Shown piece after piece: positions 21,220 through 31,075 of a DNA stretch of 64,000 nucleotides (positions are counted from its first letter, which is position 1; each line of letters opens with the position of its first letter). The stretch lies in NCBI GenBank assembly GCA_963703225.1, contig OY969801.1, positions 352,001-416,000 of the forward strand, given 5' to 3'. The translations under genes and the position numbers were made by a program. The notes under the pieces were generated by a model. The model saw only the letters and a program-made list of their open reading frames with translations, had not been told where the DNA came from and ran no database searches. This DNA is from Candidatus Eiseniibacteriota bacterium (GTDB lineage Bacteria; Eisenbacteria; RBG-16-71-46; SZUA-252).

Positions 21220-22467
21220 ATGAGGGCGCTCGCTCCCGAGCGGCGCGTCGATTTCGCCGCGATCCGGAAAGACTTCCCGATCTTCGAGCGGAAGATCGGC
21301 GGGAAGCCGCTCATCTACCTCGATTCCACGGCCACCACGCAGAAGCCGGTCGCGGTTCTCGAGGCACTCGAACACTACTACCGCACCTACAACGCGAACA
21401 TCCATCGCGGCGTTTACCGAATTGCCGAGGAGGCGACGGAGGCCTACGAGGCGGCGCGGGGGAAGGTCGCGCGGTTTTTGAACGCGCGATCCTCACAGGA
21501 GATCGTCTTCACCCGCGGCACGACCGAGTCGGTGAACCTGGTCGCGTACGCCTGGGGGCGGACCCACGTCGGCCCCGGCGACGTGATCGTCCTGACCGAG
21601 ATGGAGCACCATTCGAACCTGGTCCCGTGGCAGATCCTCGCCAAGGAGCGGGGCGCGACGATCCGCTACATCCCGGTCGACGGGAACGGGAGGCTCGACC
21701 TGAGCGATTTGGATCGGCTCCTTTCGGGCCCGGTCAAGATCCTCTCCATGGCGCACGTCTCCAACGTGCTCGGCACGATCAACCCGGTCGCCGAGATCGC
21801 GCGGAAGGCGCACGCCGTGGGCGCCACGGTGATGGTGGACGGCGCCCAGAGCGCGCCCCACATGCCGGTCGACGTCCGCGCGCTCGACTGCGATTTTCTC
21901 GCCCTCTCGGGGCACAAGATGCTCGCGCCCACCGGAATCGGCGCCCTCTACGGTAAGCGCGCGCTCTTGGACGCGATGCCGCCCTTTTTCGGCGGCGGGG
22001 AGATGATCCGGGAGGTTCGGCTGGAAGGCTCGACGTGGAACGACGTCCCCTTCAAGTTCGAGGCGGGAACCATGAACATCGCCGACACGATCGGGTTCGG
22101 CGCCGCGATCGACTACCTGAACGCCATCGGCATGGACTTGGTTCACGCCCACGGCCAGGAGTTGGTCCAGCAGACGTTCCGGGTGCTGGGGGCGATTCCG
22201 GGCGTGACGATCTACGGGCCCCCCGCGGCGGAGCGCGGCGGCATCGTCTCCTTCACCGTCGACGATATCCACGCGCACGACGTGGCGGCGGTCCTCGACG
22301 GCGAAGGGGTCGCGGTCCGGGCGGGGCACCACTGCGCGATGCCGATCCACACCAAGCTGGGCCTGACGGCATCGGTCCGGGCGAGTTTCCACGTCTACAA
22401 TCTGACCACCGACATCGAGCGTCTCGGGGAAGGGGTGCGAAAGGCCAAGCAAGTCTTCCACCAATGA
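21220..22467 (+). CDS. sufS: Cysteine desulfurase SufS
   Basis: YLDSTATTQKP, SGHKM, RAGHHCA. Confidence 0.96.
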   Translation: MRALAPERRVDFAAIRKDFPIFERKIGGKPLIYLDSTATTQKPVAVLEALEHYYRTYNANIHRGVYRIAEEATEAYEAARGKVARFLNARSSQEIVFTRGTTESVNLVAYAWGRTHVGPGDVIVLTEMEHHSNLVPWQILAKERGATIRYIPVDGNGRLDLSDLDRLLSGPVKILSMAHVSNVLGTINPVAEIARKAHAVGATVMVDGAQSAPHMPVDVRALDCDFLALSGHKMLAPTGIGALYGKRALLDAMPPFFGGGEMIREVRLEGSTWNDVPFKFEAGTMNIADTIGFGAAIDYLNAIGMDLVHAHGQELVQQTFRVLGAIPGVTIYGPPAAERGGIVSFTVDDIHAHDVAAVLDGEGVAVRAGHHCAMPIHTKLGLTASVRASFHVYNLTTDIERLGEGVRKAKQVFHQ

Positions 22468-22868
22468 GCTTCGACGATCTCTATCGCCAGAACATCCTCG
22501 ATCACTACCAGACGCCGCGCAATTTTGGCACGCTCGACCACCCCGACATCAGCGCCGAGGATTCCAATCCACTCTGCGGGGACCAGATCCGGATCGATCT
22601 TCGGGTCAAGGACGGCAAGGTCGCGGAGGTGCGGTTCAGTGGGAAGGGCTGCGCGATCAGCCGCGCGGCGGCCTCCATGCTAACCGAGGAAATTCTGGGT
22701 AAGACCCTCGAGGAAGTGAAGCGGATCGGCAAGGACGAGGTGCTCGAGATGCTGGGGATCGAGTTGGGGCCGGTCCGGCTCAAATGCGCTCTGCTTGCGC
22801 TCAAGACGCTGAAAGTGGGAGTCTATGGGATCCAGGGATGGCCTGGCGAGGATGGGGAGGGAGATTGA
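22464..22868 (+). CDS. sufU: SufU/IscU-like scaffold or sulfur-transfer protein
   Basis: NPLCGD, GCAISRAAAS, RLKCALL. Confidence 0.92.
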   Translation: MSFDDLYRQNILDHYQTPRNFGTLDHPDISAEDSNPLCGDQIRIDLRVKDGKVAEVRFSGKGCAISRAAASMLTEEILGKTLEEVKRIGKDEVLEMLGIELGPVRLKCALLALKTLKVGVYGIQGWPGEDGEGD

Positions 22869-23191
22869 GCGAGGCGACCGCGCGCTTTGTCAAAGTGGGC
22901 AGGGTCAAGGACGTGCCCGCGGGACGCGCGGAGGTTTTTGACGTCGAGGAGCGGAAGATCGCCGTCTATCGGTTGGGAGACAGCTTCTACGCGATCGACG
23001 ATATCTGCACGCACGACGGCGGGCCGTTGGCGGAGGGAGAGGTGGAGGGAGATCAGGTGATCTGCCCCCGACACGGCGCCCGGTTCAGCATCAAGACGGG
23101 CGCGGCGCTCACGTTTCCCGCGATCACGCCGGTGGAGACCTACCCCGTCCGGGTGGAAGGGGAAGATCTTCTCATCGGAATACCCTCGTAA
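22865..23191 (+). CDS. Rieske-type [2Fe-2S] ferredoxin
   Basis: CTH..CPRH; TTG start overlapping the sufU stop. Confidence 0.92.
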   Translation: MSEATARFVKVGRVKDVPAGRAEVFDVEERKIAVYRLGDSFYAIDDICTHDGGPLAEGEVEGDQVICPRHGARFSIKTGAALTFPAITPVETYPVRVEGEDLLIGIPS

Positions 23192-23205
23192 CGAGAGGTA
23201 CGATC

Positions 23206-23493
23206 ATGGCGACCGACGCCGAAATCCGCACCGCGCTGGAAGAAGTGGTGGATCCCGAAATCCACCTGAGCATCATCGAGTTGGGTCTGGTCCGTGAGAT
23301 CGATCAGAGCGTCGAGCCCTTTGTGGTCCGGATGCTGCTCACGACCCCGTTCTGCCCTTACGCGCCGCAAATCATGAAAGAGGTGAAGGAGGCGGTGACC
23401 CGCGTTACCGGGAAGCCGACCGAGGTGGAGATCATGCCCGAGCAGTGGACTCCGGAGATGATGCCCGATCCAGGGCTCCTGGGTCGTTGGTAG
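23206..23493 (+). CDS. sufT: DUF59/SufT metal-sulfur cluster biosynthesis protein
   Basis: VVDPEIHLSIIELGLV, LTTPFCP. Confidence 0.9.
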   Translation: MATDAEIRTALEEVVDPEIHLSIIELGLVREIDQSVEPFVVRMLLTTPFCPYAPQIMKEVKEAVTRVTGKPTEVEIMPEQWTPEMMPDPGLLGRW

Positions 23494-23502
23494 GAGGAGA
23501 TC

Positions 23503-23802
23503 ATGGCCAAGTTAACCGATAACGAAATCCGGCAGGCGTTGCCGGAGTTGCCCGGCTGGGTCAACCAGGACGGGACGCTCAAGAAGACGTTCACCCACGC
23601 TTCGTTTCCCGAGGCGATCGTGTTCGTCAATGCCGTGGCGCACCTGGCCGAGCTGGCCAACCACCATCCCGACATAGATATTCGCTACTCCAACATCACG
23701 CTTTCGCTCGTGACGCACGATCAGAAGGGAATCACCAACAAGGATGTCGCGTTGGCCAAGCAGGTGGAAGCGATCCGCAAGAAGGCCGGCGTTCCGGCCT
23801 AA
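23503..23802 (+). CDS. Pterin-4-alpha-carbinolamine dehydratase
   Basis: AELANHHPDI, THDQKGITNKD. Confidence 0.93.
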   Translation: MAKLTDNEIRQALPELPGWVNQDGTLKKTFTHASFPEAIVFVNAVAHLAELANHHPDIDIRYSNITLSLVTHDQKGITNKDVALAKQVEAIRKKAGVPA

Positions 23803-23810
23803 TCGAATCG

Positions 23811-26066
23811 GTGCCCCAAACACTCGAGCCGCTTCTCAGGCCGCGCTCCGTCGCTGTGATCGGCGCATCGCGGCGTCGCGACGCCATCGGCGGCGCCATC
23901 CTCCACAATCTTCTCGAAATGGGCTTTCAGGGCCCTGTCTATCCGGTCAATCCGAGCGCGACCTTCGTGCAGTCGGTCCAGGCCTACCCCGACGTATGCT
24001 CGATTCCAGGGCCCGTCGACCTCGCCGTCATCGTCGTTCCGGCCGCGCAGGTTCTCGACGCGGCGGAGGCGTGCGGCGCCAAGGGGGTGAAGGCGCTCGT
24101 CGTCATATCGGCCGGGTTCAAGGAGGTCGGGCCCGAGGGGATGAAGCGAGAGGAGGCCCTCCGCGCGACCGTCCGCCGCCACGGCATGCGCCTCGTGGGG
24201 CCGAACTGCCTCGGGATACTCAATACCGACCCCGGCGTCTCGATGAACGCGACTTTTTCCCCCGTGCAGGCGCCTCCCGGGCGAGTCGCATTCTCGTCGC
24301 AGAGCGGTGCGCTCGGGCTCGCGATCCTCGATCATGCCAAGCAGCTCGACCTCGGCATCTCCCAGTTCGTGAGCATCGGGAACAAGGCGGACGTCTCGGG
24401 CAATGACCTGATCGAGTTTTGGGAGCAGGATCCGGGGACCGACGTCATCCTCCTCTATCTGGAATCGTTCGGAAACCCGGCCAAGTTCACCCAGATCGCC
24501 CGGCGCGTGGCGCGGAAGAAGCCGATCGTGGCGGTGAAGAGCGGCCGCACCAAGAGCGGCGCGCGGGCCGCCTCGTCCCACACCGGCTCGCTCGCCGGCT
24601 CGGACGTCGCCGTCGACGCCCTCTTCCATCAGAGCGGCGTGATCCGCACCGATACGATCGAGGAGCTGTTCGACACGGCGCTCCTGCTGGCCTATCAGCC
24701 GGTCCCCACGGGGAGCCGCGTCGCGATCCTCACCAACGCGGGTGGGCCGGCGATCATGGCCGCCGACGCGTGCGAGTCGGCCGGATTGACGCTCCCCTCG
24801 CTCGATCCCAAGACGGTGAAGGCCCTGCGCGGTTTCTTGCCCGCCGAAGCGAGCGTGAAGAATCCGGTGGACATGATCGCTTCGGCCGACGCGGCGTCCT
24901 ACGAGCAGGCGCTCCGCCTCCTGCTCGCAGACCGGAACGTCGACTCGGTGATCGTGATCTTTGTGCCGCCGCTCGTGACCGGAGCGCCCGAGGTGGCGCG
25001 CTCGATACTCGCCGGCGGCGCGGGGTCCAAGAAACCGATCCTTTCCTGCTTCATGGGCTCCCATGGCGTTCCGGAGGGCCTGCGGTCGCTCAACGAGGGG
25101 CACATTCCTTCCTATGCGTTTCCCGAGGCTGCGGCGCGGACCCTAGCCCGGGCCGTGAAGTACGGGATCTGGCGGGGCACCCCGGCGGGGAAGGTGCCGA
25201 CGTTGACCGGGATTGATTCAGCGCGGGCTCGAAGCGTGATCGACCAGGCGCTCGCCGACGGCGGCGCGGCGCCGGGCGTTGCGGCACCGGGCGCGGAGAC
25301 GGCCGAGAGGTGGCTCGCGCCCGACGCGCTGGCGCAGCTCCTCGCCGCCTACGGCATCCGATCGGCCGGCGCTCGCCCGGCTCTGAATCGCGGCGAGGCC
25401 GCGGTGGTCGCCAAGAGCGTCGGCTTTCCCGTCGCGATGAAGGTGAAATCGGCCGACGTGATCCACAAGACCGATGTGGGGGGCGTCAGGCTCGGGATCA
25501 AGAGCGAGGAGGAGGCCGCGCGCGCGTTCGACGAGATTCGCGCGGCGCTCATGAAGGCGAAGCCGGGTGCCCGGTTCGAGGGCGTGACCATCGAACGGAT
25601 GGTTCCCGGGGGCATCGAGACGATCGTCGGCATGACCCGCGACGCTCTCTTCGGCCCCGTGGTCCTCTTCGGGCTCGGCGGCGTCGCCGTGGAGCTGCTC
25701 CACGACGTCTCCGTGAGGGTGGCTCCGCTCACCGATCGCGACGCCGACGAGATGATCCGTGGGATCCGGAGTTACCCGCTCCTCGAGGGCTACCGCGGCG
25801 CCCCTCCCGCGAATACCGAGTCGCTCCTCGATCTCCTTCACCGCGTCTCGCGGATGGCGATCGAACAGCCCGAGATTCTCGAGCTGGATCTCAATCCTGT
25901 CCTCGTCTTTCACGGAAGCACGCCCTGCGTGGCCCTGGACGCACGGCTCAAGCTCGGCCGCCCGACAGCCGGGCCCGCTCCGGAGCCCGCCCTCGCGGCC
26001 GGCGGCGGGGCATCGAGCTCCAAGCCCGGGCGTTTTCCCGCGGCATCCTCCGCGTCCAAGCATTGA
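23811..26066 (+). CDS. ADP-forming acyl/acetate-CoA ligase (fused CoA-binding and ATP-grasp domains)
   Basis: PRSVAVIGAS, GPNCLG, SHTGSLAG, HKTDVGGV, ELDLNP. Confidence 0.9.
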   Translation: MPQTLEPLLRPRSVAVIGASRRRDAIGGAILHNLLEMGFQGPVYPVNPSATFVQSVQAYPDVCSIPGPVDLAVIVVPAAQVLDAAEACGAKGVKALVVISAGFKEVGPEGMKREEALRATVRRHGMRLVGPNCLGILNTDPGVSMNATFSPVQAPPGRVAFSSQSGALGLAILDHAKQLDLGISQFVSIGNKADVSGNDLIEFWEQDPGTDVILLYLESFGNPAKFTQIARRVARKKPIVAVKSGRTKSGARAASSHTGSLAGSDVAVDALFHQSGVIRTDTIEELFDTALLLAYQPVPTGSRVAILTNAGGPAIMAADACESAGLTLPSLDPKTVKALRGFLPAEASVKNPVDMIASADAASYEQALRLLLADRNVDSVIVIFVPPLVTGAPEVARSILAGGAGSKKPILSCFMGSHGVPEGLRSLNEGHIPSYAFPEAAARTLARAVKYGIWRGTPAGKVPTLTGIDSARARSVIDQALADGGAAPGVAAPGAETAERWLAPDALAQLLAAYGIRSAGARPALNRGEAAVVAKSVGFPVAMKVKSADVIHKTDVGGVRLGIKSEEEAARAFDEIRAALMKAKPGARFEGVTIERMVPGGIETIVGMTRDALFGPVVLFGLGGVAVELLHDVSVRVAPLTDRDADEMIRGIRSYPLLEGYRGAPPANTESLLDLLHRVSRMAIEQPEILELDLNPVLVFHGSTPCVALDARLKLGRPTAGPAPEPALAAGGGASSSKPGRFPAASSASKH

Positions 26067-26077
26067 AATCCGGCAGC

Positions 26078-27052
26078 GTGTTCGCCCGTCTCCGTCCTGA
26101 GGAGGCGATCTCGCTCGCCATCTTCGTGCCGATGGCCTACGCCCTGGCCCGGATGGTCGGCGTACCGCCGGACGTCGGCGGCCCCGCCGCGGGCTACCCG
26201 AGCTCGCTCGCGCGGCTCATCGCCCTGCTCCTGGCCGCGCTCTTTTTCTTCTGGCTCCTGCGCTATCGACAGCGGTGGGATGTGGTGCGGGACGCGATGC
26301 CGTTCGTCTTCTGCGCCAACGTCTACGCCAACCTGCACGATGTCATCCGCTTCTATGGCGCGCCCGACATCACGAGCACGCTCTACCGGTGGGACGTCCA
26401 GCTCTTCGGCGTCGAGCCGAGCGTTTGGGCGGAGCGCTTCATCCATCCATTCCTGACCGACTTCTTCACCTTCTGCTACTGGCTCTTTTACGTCTGCGGT
26501 CCGGTCCTCGGGCTCCTGCTGTACCTGAGGAAGGATTGGAAGGCATTCCGGTACACGATGGTGAGCGTCGTGCTCTGCCTCTTCATGGGGTACGTCGGAT
26601 ATGTCACGTGGCCCGCGGCCGCGCCGCGGCTGGCGATCCCCGAGGCGTACACCGTCCCGCTGCGCGGGTGGTCGCTGTTCCTCGACTATTCGCGAGCCGC
26701 GACGGCCGCGGTTCCACTCACCACGCAGGGGGCATTTCCGTCGCTCCACTGCGCGATCGCGCTGCTCGTGCTTCTTCTCGCGTGGAAGCATCGGCGCTGG
26801 TATTTCTGGGTTCAGCTGCCGTTTGGCGCCGGGCTGATCCTGGGAACCGTCTACCTGCGCCACCACTGGGTGGTCGATATCCTGGCGGGGTTCGTCCTTA
26901 CGTTCATCGCCTTTTGGGCAGGCCCCAAGATCGAGGAAGCCTGGAACCGCGCCGTGGAGCGCGGGAGGGACCGGTCGGTCGTGCCTATCTCTTCTCGTAA
27001 CCCTGCGCCACCGCGCGAGGCGGCAGGCCGTTCCAGTGCCGGCGGTAGTTGA
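26078..27052 (+). CDS. PAP2-superfamily membrane protein (Aur1/IPC synthase-like)
   Basis: Multiple TM helices; PAAAPR, AFPSLH, LRHHWVVD; start may be TTG 26063. Confidence 0.85.
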   Translation: MFARLRPEEAISLAIFVPMAYALARMVGVPPDVGGPAAGYPSSLARLIALLLAALFFFWLLRYRQRWDVVRDAMPFVFCANVYANLHDVIRFYGAPDITSTLYRWDVQLFGVEPSVWAERFIHPFLTDFFTFCYWLFYVCGPVLGLLLYLRKDWKAFRYTMVSVVLCLFMGYVGYVTWPAAAPRLAIPEAYTVPLRGWSLFLDYSRAATAAVPLTTQGAFPSLHCAIALLVLLLAWKHRRWYFWVQLPFGAGLILGTVYLRHHWVVDILAGFVLTFIAFWAGPKIEEAWNRAVERGRDRSVVPISSRNPAPPREAAGRSSAGGS

Positions 27053-27386
27053 GCGGAACGGTTCTCACCGACCGCGGCACCGACGTCGCATTCAAATGGA
27101 TGAACGGACCCTGCCACGAGCGGGCGCGATACCACTGTCCAGTCTCTAGATAATACCAGTACCTTCCGTATCGGTAGAGATCGCACTCCCGATCCCTTAC
27201 GTAGTAGACCTTGGTCGTGGGCACGAGCGACACCGCGGGCTCGTCGTGGAAATCGAGGGCGGCGCCGCGATAGGGGTCCCCAACCCGGACGCGGGCGTCG
27301 GCATTCGCGTCGGCCAAAGCGCCAACCGGGATCCAGCTCAGCGTCGCCACGAGGGCGGCGGCCATCAATCGCTTTGCACGTGTCAT
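26985..27386 (-). CDS. Small secreted Tyr/Trp-rich protein
   Basis: RBS AAGGAGG; signal peptide; YRYGRYWYY..WYRARSWQGP. Confidence 0.8.
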   Translation of the reverse strand: MTRAKRLMAAALVATLSWIPVGALADANADARVRVGDPYRGAALDFHDEPAVSLVPTTKVYYVRDRECDLYRYGRYWYYLETGQWYRARSWQGPFIHLNATSVPRSVRTVPLNYRRHWNGLPPRAVAQGYEKR

Positions 27387-27452
27387 GGCGTGATCCTCCT
27401 TCCGTGGCCGTCTCCGATGTGAGATTAGGCCTCGAATCACGCCTGAGAATTC

Positions 27453-27468
27453 TGCAACCACCGTGCCA
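27453..27468 (-). promoter_or_regulatory. sigma54 (-24/-12) promoter
   Basis: Minus-strand TGGCACG-GTGG-TTGCA is a perfect consensus; AT-rich tract upstream. Confidence 0.8.
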
Positions 27469-27530
27469 TTTCAGCACGCCCATATATCTGCTAACGCTAT
27501 GTAAATGAATCAATTGTGAGGATGGTCGGG

Positions 27531-28871
27531 TCAGGCCAGAGGGGGGGCCGTGCGCATCGCCACCTGCTCTGCAAATATCCGGGCCGAGGTTCGGGGCCTC
27601 CGCCGGGCCTCGGGGTGGTCGAAATCGACCACGTAGAGACCAAACTTGCCGTGGTACCCCTCCATCCATTCGAAGTTGTCCATGAGGGACCAGTGAAAGT
27701 ACCCGCGGATGTCGAGCCCGGATGAGCGGGCGCGGTCGACCGCCGCGAGGGTCGCCCGGATGAAATCGGGGCGCCAGCGATCGGCAGCGTCCGCGATCCC
27801 ATTCTCGGTGATGAGCATGGGCAATCCGAACGCGGCGCACTCGTGGAGCGCGCGCTCGAGACCTTCAGGGTAGATCTCCCACCCGAGATCGCTCGTCTCC
27901 GAGCCCCGCCGCGCGGAACGGGCGGCTCCTCCCAGCAGCGCGACCATCCAGCGGGTGTAATAGTTGACGCCAAGAAAGTCGGAGGCGCCCTGGAGGGATT
28001 CGACGACGCGGCGGACCGGTCTGGCGCCCGGGATCGCGAACTCGATCGGCCCGCCCGCCAGCGCGCGCACCACGGCTTCGTTGAAAACACGGTGTTGAGC
28101 CCTGGTTACGAATCGGTCGAGCGGCGACCAGCGCGATCGGGGCTCGAGGAGCACCCAATGCTTCGCGACGCCTGTGAGGACGGCCCTTCCGTCCCCATCG
28201 GCGTCCACCCGGTCGGTCTCCCGGAGCGCTCGTGCCGCGACGCCATGCGCTTCCAGGAGGTTGGCGATCACCAGCAGCGCGCGGGACCGATCTCGAACCC
28301 CGGGCGGGAAGGTGCCGCTGTCGTATCCGTAGAATCCCAAGACCTCCGGTTCGTTCACCGTGATCCAGCGATCGACGAGATCTCCGTAGCGCTCGCCCGC
28401 GAGGCGGGCGTAGCGCTCGAAGTGCGCGAGGTTCGCCTGTTCCTCCCAACCTCCGAGGGCCGCGAACCACTGAGGATTGGTGAAGTGGTGAAGGGTCAGG
28501 AGCGGCGTGATGCCGCGCGAGCGGCACCCCTCGAGCATGGCGCGGTAGCGCGCGATCGCCGCCTCGTCGTAGCGCCCTTGATCGGGCTCGATCCGGCTCC
28601 ATTCGAGTGAGAAACGGTAGGCATTGAGCCCGAGGCCCCGAATCAACTCGAGGTCCTCTTCCCAACGCTCCCAGCTCCCGCACGCGTTGCCCGAGCGGGC
28701 GCCTGCGCGAACCTTGTGCGGGAGCGCCTCCCACTGCCACCAGTCGTTTCGGTTGTTCCCCCCCTCGATCTGATGGGACGACGTCGCCACGCCCCAGAGG
28801 AACCGTTCCGCGTTTCGCGTCGAGGCGCGCGCTTGTCCGGCGGAGGCGGCCGGATTAACGTCGGCGTCCAT
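27531..28871 (-). CDS. Glycoside hydrolase family 1 (beta-glucosidase)
   Basis: FLWGVATSSHQIEG, TVNEP, ITENG, DNFEW. Confidence 0.95.
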   Translation of the reverse strand: MDADVNPAASAGQARASTRNAERFLWGVATSSHQIEGGNNRNDWWQWEALPHKVRAGARSGNACGSWERWEEDLELIRGLGLNAYRFSLEWSRIEPDQGRYDEAAIARYRAMLEGCRSRGITPLLTLHHFTNPQWFAALGGWEEQANLAHFERYARLAGERYGDLVDRWITVNEPEVLGFYGYDSGTFPPGVRDRSRALLVIANLLEAHGVAARALRETDRVDADGDGRAVLTGVAKHWVLLEPRSRWSPLDRFVTRAQHRVFNEAVVRALAGGPIEFAIPGARPVRRVVESLQGASDFLGVNYYTRWMVALLGGAARSARRGSETSDLGWEIYPEGLERALHECAAFGLPMLITENGIADAADRWRPDFIRATLAAVDRARSSGLDIRGYFHWSLMDNFEWMEGYHGKFGLYVVDFDHPEARRRPRTSARIFAEQVAMRTAPPLA

Positions 28872-29724
28872 GGACCTTTTTGGCGAGCCGGCCGCGAACG
28901 AATGGGAGAGCCCCCATCCGCGGCTTCACCTGGGAACGTCGAGCTTTAGCCACGAGAGCTGGATTGGATCGTTCTATCCCCCCGGCACCAAGCCGGCCGA
29001 CTTCCTGAGCGTCTACGCCCGCCGCCACCAAACGGTCGAGATCGACGCCACTTTTTACCGCATCCCGTCCTCGGCGCAAGCCCGAAGTTGGGCGAAGAAG
29101 GTCCCGGCTGGATTTCGGATCGCCGCCAAGGTTCCGCAGCTCATCACGCACCAGAAGCTCTTGGTCGACTGCGAGGAGGATCTCAAGGAGTTCCTGGGCG
29201 TGATGCGGGAGATGGGCGACCGCCTCGGGCCGGTGCTCTTTCAGTTTCCGTACTTTCACCGGGACGCGTTCGCTTCGGTGGGCGCGTTTCTCGCGCGCCT
29301 CGGGCCGATGCTCGAATCGCTGCCCGGGGACGTCCGGTACGCGGTGGAAGTGCGGAACAAGAGTTGGGTGGGGGAGAAGCTGTTCGCGATGCTCCGGCAA
29401 TGCCGGGCCGCCTATGCGCTGATCGATCATCCTTGGATGTCTCCCATCGAGGAGCTGATCCGAACATTCGACGTGGTGACGGCCGATTTCGCCTACGTCC
29501 GCTGGCTCGGCGACCGGAAGGAAATCGAAGCCAAGACCGATACATGGGAGAAGCTCATCGTCGACCGATCGGTCGAGATGGAGCGCTGCGTTCCCGCGCT
29601 TCAGTCGCTCCTCGAGCGAAACATCGACGTCTACGGCTACTTCAACAACCACTACGCTGGCCACGCGCCCGGCTCGATCGAGCTCTTGCGAGAGATCTGG
29701 CGGCGGAGGCTGGGAATCAAGTAG
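28870..29724 (+). CDS. DUF72 domain protein
   Basis: LGTSSF, VEIDATFYRIP, AVEVRNKSW, YFNNHYAG. Confidence 0.93.
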   Translation: MDLFGEPAANEWESPHPRLHLGTSSFSHESWIGSFYPPGTKPADFLSVYARRHQTVEIDATFYRIPSSAQARSWAKKVPAGFRIAAKVPQLITHQKLLVDCEEDLKEFLGVMREMGDRLGPVLFQFPYFHRDAFASVGAFLARLGPMLESLPGDVRYAVEVRNKSWVGEKLFAMLRQCRAAYALIDHPWMSPIEELIRTFDVVTADFAYVRWLGDRKEIEAKTDTWEKLIVDRSVEMERCVPALQSLLERNIDVYGYFNNHYAGHAPGSIELLREIWRRRLGIK

Positions 29725-29851
29725 CGAGGAGCCGAGCGGCGAGCGCGCCGCTCAACCCTCCGCCGACAACGACGATCGATTTCGAAGGACCCGTGCTCAT
29801 CTGGTCATCTTACCAGCGGCGGGGGTACCCTTTCTGTTACCATGCGCGGCC

Positions 29852-30916
29852 ATGTCCGCGCCGAACCCCATCCGCGTTCTGCTGATCGGCACAGGGTTTG
29901 GCAGCCACGTTCATGCCCCCGGCTTCGCCTCCGACCCCGCATTTCGGCTCGTCGGCGTGGCCAGCGGACGCGCGGAGAACGCCAAGAAGGTCGCGGCGGC
30001 GCACGGGATCCCCTACGCGACCGACGACTGGAAGAAGATGCTCGACGAGGTCGAGGCCGACCTCGTCTCGATCGCCACGCCGGTCGATCTCCACTACCCC
30101 ATGGCGCGTGCGGCTTTGGAGCGTCGCCGTCACGTCCTCCTGGAAAAGCCGTTCGCCCTGAACGTGGCGCAGGCCAAGGAGCTCGCCGCGCTCGCGAAAA
30201 CCCAGGGCGTTGTGGCCGTCGTGAACCATGAGTTCCGCCACCAGCCTGGGCGCGCCACGCTGACCCGATGGATCGAGGAGGGAAAGCTCGGCAGGGTAGA
30301 GCACTTGGTCATGCGCACCCGAATGCCCGGGTGGGCGCGGGCTCCCGAACGCCGCCTCACCTGGCTCTCGGACAAGGAGCGAGGGGGTGGATTTCTGGGC
30401 GCCATCGGCTCTCACGACGTCGATCAGATCATGCTATGGGGCGGCCCAATCCGGCGCGTTTTCGGCCGGCTTCGACTCCTCGCGCCGACCGCGCCCGGGG
30501 TGAGCGCCGGGCACAAGGGGATCACCGCGGAGGATTGCTACACTCTGCTCCTGGAATTCGCCGGCGGCGCTTCCGGGATCGTGGATACCTTTGGCGGATC
30601 GAGGGTGCGCCAGGAGCAATACGAGGCGTATGGCTCGGCGGACGTATTCGTCGTGGTCGGTGACACCCGGATCGGGAGGCCGAACGGAGCGGGCGGCTTT
30701 GATGAGCTTCCGATTCCGGAGGATCTCCAGCTGAAGCCAACCCCCGAGATGCCGCTGATCGCGCCCTTCCGGGTCAAGGTGGCGATGCTTCGCGAGGCCA
30801 TCCGCGGCGGAAAGCCCGCGGCCCCAACCTTTGCCGAGGCGGTCGAAGTGCAAAAGGTGCTCGACGCGGCACGGAAGAGCGACCAGACGGGCACGTGGGT
30901 GGAGGTGGAGGAGTAG
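29852..30916 (+). CDS. Gfo/Idh/MocA oxidoreductase
   Basis: IGTGFG, LLEKPFA, GGFLGAIGSHDVD. Confidence 0.92.
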   Translation: MSAPNPIRVLLIGTGFGSHVHAPGFASDPAFRLVGVASGRAENAKKVAAAHGIPYATDDWKKMLDEVEADLVSIATPVDLHYPMARAALERRRHVLLEKPFALNVAQAKELAALAKTQGVVAVVNHEFRHQPGRATLTRWIEEGKLGRVEHLVMRTRMPGWARAPERRLTWLSDKERGGGFLGAIGSHDVDQIMLWGGPIRRVFGRLRLLAPTAPGVSAGHKGITAEDCYTLLLEFAGGASGIVDTFGGSRVRQEQYEAYGSADVFVVVGDTRIGRPNGAGGFDELPIPEDLQLKPTPEMPLIAPFRVKVAMLREAIRGGKPAAPTFAEAVEVQKVLDAARKSDQTGTWVEVEE

Positions 30917-30983
30917 CTCTCGACGCTCGGGACGAGCGCGGCGGCGCCGCGGCGATGCCGCGCCGCCGCCCCAGCTTCCGGGC

Positions 30984-31064
30984 CTAGCAGCCCATCATCC
31001 AGAGCGGCGCCAGCAAGAGCAGCACGAATATGATGAACTGCACGATCGGATCGTGAGGGTTCAC
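30984..31064 (-). CDS. Putative 26-aa single-TM small protein
   Basis: GTG-started MNPHDPIVQFIIFVLLLLAPLWMMGC*, with TAAGAT 8 nt upstream. Confidence 0.4.
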   Translation of the reverse strand: MNPHDPIVQFIIFVLLLLAPLWMMGC

Positions 31065-31075
31065 CGCCCCGCATC

